From contig CAXXOU010000004.1 of NCBI GenBank assembly GCA_963677495.2, positions 928,001 to 992,000 of the forward strand: a stretch of DNA of 64,000 nt, given 5' to 3'. The first letter of the stretch is position 1, and each line of letters begins with the position of its first letter. This document shows positions 59,906-64,000 of this stretch, one piece after another. The position numbers were made by a program, and so were the translations under genes. The DNA is from Candidatus Cloacimonadales bacterium. Its GTDB lineage: Bacteria > Cloacimonadota > Cloacimonadia > Cloacimonadales > JAFGVF01. The notes under the pieces were generated by a model, which was given only the letters and a program-made list of their open reading frames with translations, did not search any database and was not told the origin of the DNA.

Positions 59906-60637
59906 ATGATAGAGATAACTAAAACATACATCAAAAGGGCTCGTTGTACTCATATTTTGAATACTCTTGAAAGTGCAGTTTTAGAAGCAGAGAAACAGAA
60001 TATGACTTATCTGGAGTTCGTACATTATCTATTTGAAAAAGAGAACTCAGGAAGGAATCAAACCAATATCAACAGAAGACTTAAACAGGCTCACATCCCG
60101 GTAATAAAGACCTTTGATGAGTTCGACTATGCTTATCAACAAGTAATAACCAAAAGACAAGTAAAGGAGTGGAAGAACTTTGTCTGGCTGGAGCAGAGGA
60201 GGAATATAATTTTAATGGGACCTCCGGGAGTAGGTAAGACTCATGTTGCAACAGCACTCAGTTATGAAGCAATAAAGGCAGGATATAAGGTGGTGTTTTA
60301 TAATCTGAACAACCTTATCGAAGAACTTGTACTAGCTGAAGCAGATAACAACATAGATAAATATCTAAGCAATATAGCCAAGAATGATCTGATAGTTATA
60401 GATGAGATGGGGTATCTTCCTCTCCAGACAAAGGCAGCTAATCTGTTCTTTAGACTCATCCATCTCTTATACGAATTTAGATCAGTAATCATAACATCGA
60501 ATAGGTTGTTTAATGAATGGGGAGCTATTTTTAACGACAATGTGATAGCAACTGCTATTCTTGATAGATTACTCCATCACTCACAACCAATTACAATGCT
60601 CGGAGACAGCTTTAGACTAAGGAATTTTCAAAAATGA
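59906..60637 (+). CDS. istB: IS21 helper ATPase
   Basis: GPPGVGKTH, LIVIDEMGYLP, IITSN, AILDRLLHH, GDSFR. Confidence 0.96.
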   Translation: MIEITKTYIKRARCTHILNTLESAVLEAEKQNMTYLEFVHYLFEKENSGRNQTNINRRLKQAHIPVIKTFDEFDYAYQQVITKRQVKEWKNFVWLEQRRNIILMGPPGVGKTHVATALSYEAIKAGYKVVFYNLNNLIEELVLAEADNNIDKYLSNIAKNDLIVIDEMGYLPLQTKAANLFFRLIHLLYEFRSVIITSNRLFNEWGAIFNDNVIATAILDRLLHHSQPITMLGDSFRLRNFQK

Positions 60638-60698
60638 AGACTGTACCATTTTTAAATGCCAAACTGTACCAATTTAAAATGCCATTGACACCAATTGC

Positions 60699-60765
60699 CA
60701 TCCATCATAACGAGTTTCTAACGGGGAGCTAACGGGAAGCTAACGGGGAGCGATTGAGTAGTAAG
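60699..60765. repeat. 11-bp-period array, TAACGGG family, copy 2 (right part; left flank cut by IS21)
   Basis: TAACG(A/G)G at 60708, 60719, 60730, 60741. Confidence 0.85.
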
Positions 60766-60808
60766 AAGATTAAATTGGATATCGAAGCATGGATTGTATC
60801 TACTTTTC

Positions 60809-61203
60809 GTAGGGGCACAACAACTTGTGCCCTTGTATAATGATTATGTGACTGTTGAAAGATGTTTTCCGAATAGTGTGGAGACATCTGAGGGCTTAAG
60901 ATGTTAAGCCCCTACATGTACTGCGACTCTCCAGAGTTGCTGTGACGACAAAGTCGTCATCTCCACTGACAGTAATTTTGGTTATAACAGTTCAAGTTCA
61001 TTCTAAGTCAGTTGTCATCTCTTCAGTCAATACTACTTATAGTACACGATAAGCTTTCCCGATATAGCTTTGCAAGCTATGAGCAAGTGGGGACACTCGC
61101 ACTACTTTGCAGTCCTACATGGGTGGAATGTGAATAGCCCCGGGTTTTGTGAACCCGGGGTCATGTACCCCAAAAGACCATTAGAACCCTGAAGGGGTTC
61201 AAC
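60809..61203. repeat. Cluster of short REP-like palindromes
   Basis: GTAGGGGCACAACAACTTGTGCCC; GGGCTTAAGATGTTAAGCCC (related to 57804); GCGACTCTCCAGAGTTGC; GACGACAAAGTCGTC; CCCCGGGTTTTGTGAACCCGGGG; GAACCCTGAAGGGGTTC. Confidence 0.7.
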
Positions 61204-61351
61204 GATTACTTGACAAAGAAGATGATGTTACTCAAATAATGATATGATTATGAGGGTAGGTATTTCCTACCCTCATATTTAGATTGCATAAACTATGTAG
61301 ATGCATTAAACCTACATAGTAGGTAAGTCCATATAAAACAAAGCAGGTCCT

Positions 61352-63778
61352 ATGAGAAAAATATTATTAGTTTTATTATTCATCATGTTAGTGTTATATA
61401 TTAATGCAACGACTCTCGAAGTCTCTCTCGATGGAACACATCAATATACGTCTATCCAATCAGCTATTAATGCTTCCAATAATGGAGATATGGTTCTTGT
61501 GCACCCTGGTAGGTACTTTGAAAATATCGACTTCATCGGAAAGAGTATTACCGTTTGCAGTGAATACATAACTAATCCTGACTGGAGTATTGTTGAGTCA
61601 ACGATCATTGATGGTAATCAGCAATCCAGTTGCGTTAGAGTAGGGAATGATGAAGAAAATGCAATTTTGTTAGGATTCACTATTACTAAAGGGTATGGAT
61701 ATGGTTCCAATAGATTTGGGGGTGGTATTATCGTACATGGTGATAGTTTTTTAGAAGTAGTTGACTGTTTAATTAGCGAAAATAATGCCCAAAATGGAGG
61801 AGGTGTTAGTAGTGCTTATAATGGTAACATATCCTTATCTGGATGTGTTATTCGTGATAACATAACAATAAGCCAAGGAGGAGGAGTTGGAGTTTATAAT
61901 GCTAGTATATTTTTTGATCCAAATAATCTAAACAGCATCCATAATAATTATGGAGATGTACAAGACATCTTCCTTTATAATGTAACTTGCAACGATATTG
62001 TCTTAGATACTCTCAGTATGAATATGACTGAACCCGATGGTTTCTTTGTTTCTTATTACGCTCCACCATTAAACACAAATCCAATCCCAACTATATCAGT
62101 ACAGAACACTTATTTTAACCAAGTTGATGCTGATCTCTATGTTTCACCTAGTGGTGATGACAATAATGATGGATTAACCCCAGAAACTGCCCTAAAAACA
62201 ATCGCTTATGCGAATAAAATTGTTCAACCTGATAGTCTTAATCCTAATGCTGTTTATCTAATGCCCGGGATCTATGGGAGAACAACTAATAATCAGATAT
62301 TCCCGATTGCTTGCCAGTCTCATACAAAGATGCTGGGAATCGGGGAATTCCCTACAGATGTAGTAATAGGGGATGATTGGGGGATAAACTTGTTGATTAC
62401 TTCTAATGCTACAAATGTTGAAATTGGTAATTTATCAGTAACATACTGCGATGATATGAATAATACAGTTTTTACAATAGTCAGAAGTTCGAATATCCAT
62501 ATTCATGATATTGATTGTAATAACAATATTTCAAGGTTTCCGGGAATCGAAGTATTTAAATGTGATGAAGTTTTGTTAGAAAACATCAACATACATGATA
62601 TTGAAAATACAGTGGATATGATTACTTCGATTTATACTTATGAATCTAGTAACATTGTCTTCAATAACACTGTTGTTAATAATACAATAAGTAACTGTGA
62701 GCATGGCTTTGTCTCAGTCATGAATTTGGATGATAGCGATGTAACACTTAATAATACAATTATAACTAATAACATTCGAACAGATTCCAGTAATTTAGTA
62801 CAGTATGGTAACACAAGCCCCAGTTCACCCGGTGGAAACCTTGAAGTGAATAACTTTCTTATGTATAATAACACATTTGCAAGTGGAGGAGAGACCTTTT
62901 CAGTTGTCAGTAGTTATGATCAGAATTACCTGAATAATCTTACTATTGCTCATAATACAGGACCAGGATATGCAGTTAGATTCATTGGGGATATTGTGAT
63001 GAAAAACAGTATTCTCTACAACCCAAATTGTGGTGGTGAACTGCATCTTTGGGCTTATCCACCGAGTGACCCCGATCCAATAATTACAACAGCGGAAGTT
63101 GATTATAACTTGATAAGAAATGGAGAAGCAGGAGTTGTAGGAGCTGACAATATAAACAACACTCTTGTTTGGGGAACACATAATTTAGACACAAGCCCTC
63201 TCTTTAGAGGAGATATGGAAGGAGATATACCTGTAGGAGACCCGAGATGGGTGCAACTGACAGAGAACTCACCATGCGTGAATTCAGGAACACCTGATAC
63301 ACTTGGTATGAACTTACCAACTATGGATATAACAGGTAACCCAAGAGTGTGGGGGAACATTATTGATATGGGAGCACATGAGTATAACCCTACAGTTGGA
63401 AACAGTGATGAAACAGCTCCAACACCACCTGCAACGATACAGGTGTCGCATTTCCCGAATCCAATAACTCCTAATGGTAACAACGGGAAAGTCGCTTTTA
63501 TCGAGTTCACACTTCCTAAGAAACCAATAGAGAAACCTACTTTAGAGATATACAATATCAAAGGGCAGAAGGTAAGGGATCTGAAGATAACACAGAGTTT
63601 TTCTCAGCTTGTGAGGAGTGCAGGACTATCCTCAGAGGATAAACAAACCGGGGAGCATTATTCTAAGATTTGGGACTGTAAGGATAATAATCGTAAGACT
63701 GTAGCATCGGGTATTTACTTCTACAAGGTTAGCTGTGAGGGGGAAGAAGCTATTGGAAAATTAATGATTATGAAGTAG
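61352..63778 (+). CDS. Secreted parallel beta-helix (pectin-lyase fold/DUF1565-like) protein with T9SS/FlgD-type CTD
   Basis: Signal peptide, YTSIQSAI..GDMVLVHPGRY.ENI, LYVSPSGDDNNDGLT, SPCVNSG..IDMGAHE, FPNP..IYNIKGQKVR..ASGIYFY. Confidence 0.85.
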   Translation: MRKILLVLLFIMLVLYINATTLEVSLDGTHQYTSIQSAINASNNGDMVLVHPGRYFENIDFIGKSITVCSEYITNPDWSIVESTIIDGNQQSSCVRVGNDEENAILLGFTITKGYGYGSNRFGGGIIVHGDSFLEVVDCLISENNAQNGGGVSSAYNGNISLSGCVIRDNITISQGGGVGVYNASIFFDPNNLNSIHNNYGDVQDIFLYNVTCNDIVLDTLSMNMTEPDGFFVSYYAPPLNTNPIPTISVQNTYFNQVDADLYVSPSGDDNNDGLTPETALKTIAYANKIVQPDSLNPNAVYLMPGIYGRTTNNQIFPIACQSHTKMLGIGEFPTDVVIGDDWGINLLITSNATNVEIGNLSVTYCDDMNNTVFTIVRSSNIHIHDIDCNNNISRFPGIEVFKCDEVLLENINIHDIENTVDMITSIYTYESSNIVFNNTVVNNTISNCEHGFVSVMNLDDSDVTLNNTIITNNIRTDSSNLVQYGNTSPSSPGGNLEVNNFLMYNNTFASGGETFSVVSSYDQNYLNNLTIAHNTGPGYAVRFIGDIVMKNSILYNPNCGGELHLWAYPPSDPDPIITTAEVDYNLIRNGEAGVVGADNINNTLVWGTHNLDTSPLFRGDMEGDIPVGDPRWVQLTENSPCVNSGTPDTLGMNLPTMDITGNPRVWGNIIDMGAHEYNPTVGNSDETAPTPPATIQVSHFPNPITPNGNNGKVAFIEFTLPKKPIEKPTLEIYNIKGQKVRDLKITQSFSQLVRSAGLSSEDKQTGEHYSKIWDCKDNNRKTVASGIYFYKVSCEGEEAIGKLMIMK

Positions 63779-63780
63779 CT

Positions 63781-63971
63781 TATAGCCTATAGCCGATAGC
63801 CTATAGTTAAGCTGTCACCATAGCGACCGAATGGGAGTTGGGTGAATAGCGGACATGTGGCATAATTCATCACTATGAGTCCAACTCGTTTTAAGTATTC
63901 TAGGAAGTCCGTTTTCTCTACATAAACTTCGTTCTGACAAACTCCCTAGAATATTTGAAACTCGCTATGAC
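63781..63971. repeat. Heptamer run plus modules shared with the 22 kb and 48 kb composite repeats
   Basis: TATAGCC-like x4 from 63781; ATAGCGACCGAATGGGAGTTGGGTGAATAGCG (cf. ~22113, ~48267); AGGAAGTCCGTT..GACAAACTCCCT (cf. 48166). Confidence 0.75.
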
Positions 63972-64000
63972 TCCAATGATTAATTTAGGATTAAAAATTA

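Larger units (their letters stand above)
58331..60690 (+). mobile_element. IS21-family insertion sequence (2360 bp) with 8-bp target-site duplication
   Basis: Ends TGTCAATGGCA...TGCCATTGACA with internal repeated TGGCA..TGGTACA units; CCAATTGC at 58323-58330 and 60691-60698; istA-istB. Confidence 0.96.

Overview
AT-rich bacterial chromosomal segment, probably from an anaerobic diderm of the FCB group. Cloacimonadota-like is an inference from three large secreted proteins with T9SS/FlgD-type C-terminal domains, a gingipain-like C25 peptidase and PFOR. The backbone is housekeeping genes: coaBC (partial), murI, pyrG, photolyase, degP, lysS, pepD, nifJ, apbE, folE2, uvrA, ftsY. There is also a sigma54 two-component system with a visible -24/-12 target promoter, and an intact IS21 element with an 8-bp target duplication. 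Two layers stand out. (1) An ~11 kb co-oriented cluster (22.3-33.7 kb) encodes three zinc-ribbon Ser/Thr kinases with near-identical catalytic domains but different C-terminal modules, a PP2C phosphatase, a degenerate-FHA coiled-coil protein, two envelope proteins and a DUF559 nuclease flanked by its own palindromic repeats. (2) The intergenic DNA is very repeat-rich. Eight arrays of short motifs repeat at an exact 11-bp period, mostly in two inverted arms, in five unrelated sequence families; one lies upstream of a small orphan gene. One family is followed by a ~30-bp repeat/~110-120-bp spacer array that has one extra unit in its second copy. Several REP/MITE-like families are also present. 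No rRNA, tRNA, CRISPR-Cas or reverse transcriptase was seen. All calls are by eye; no database searches were run.
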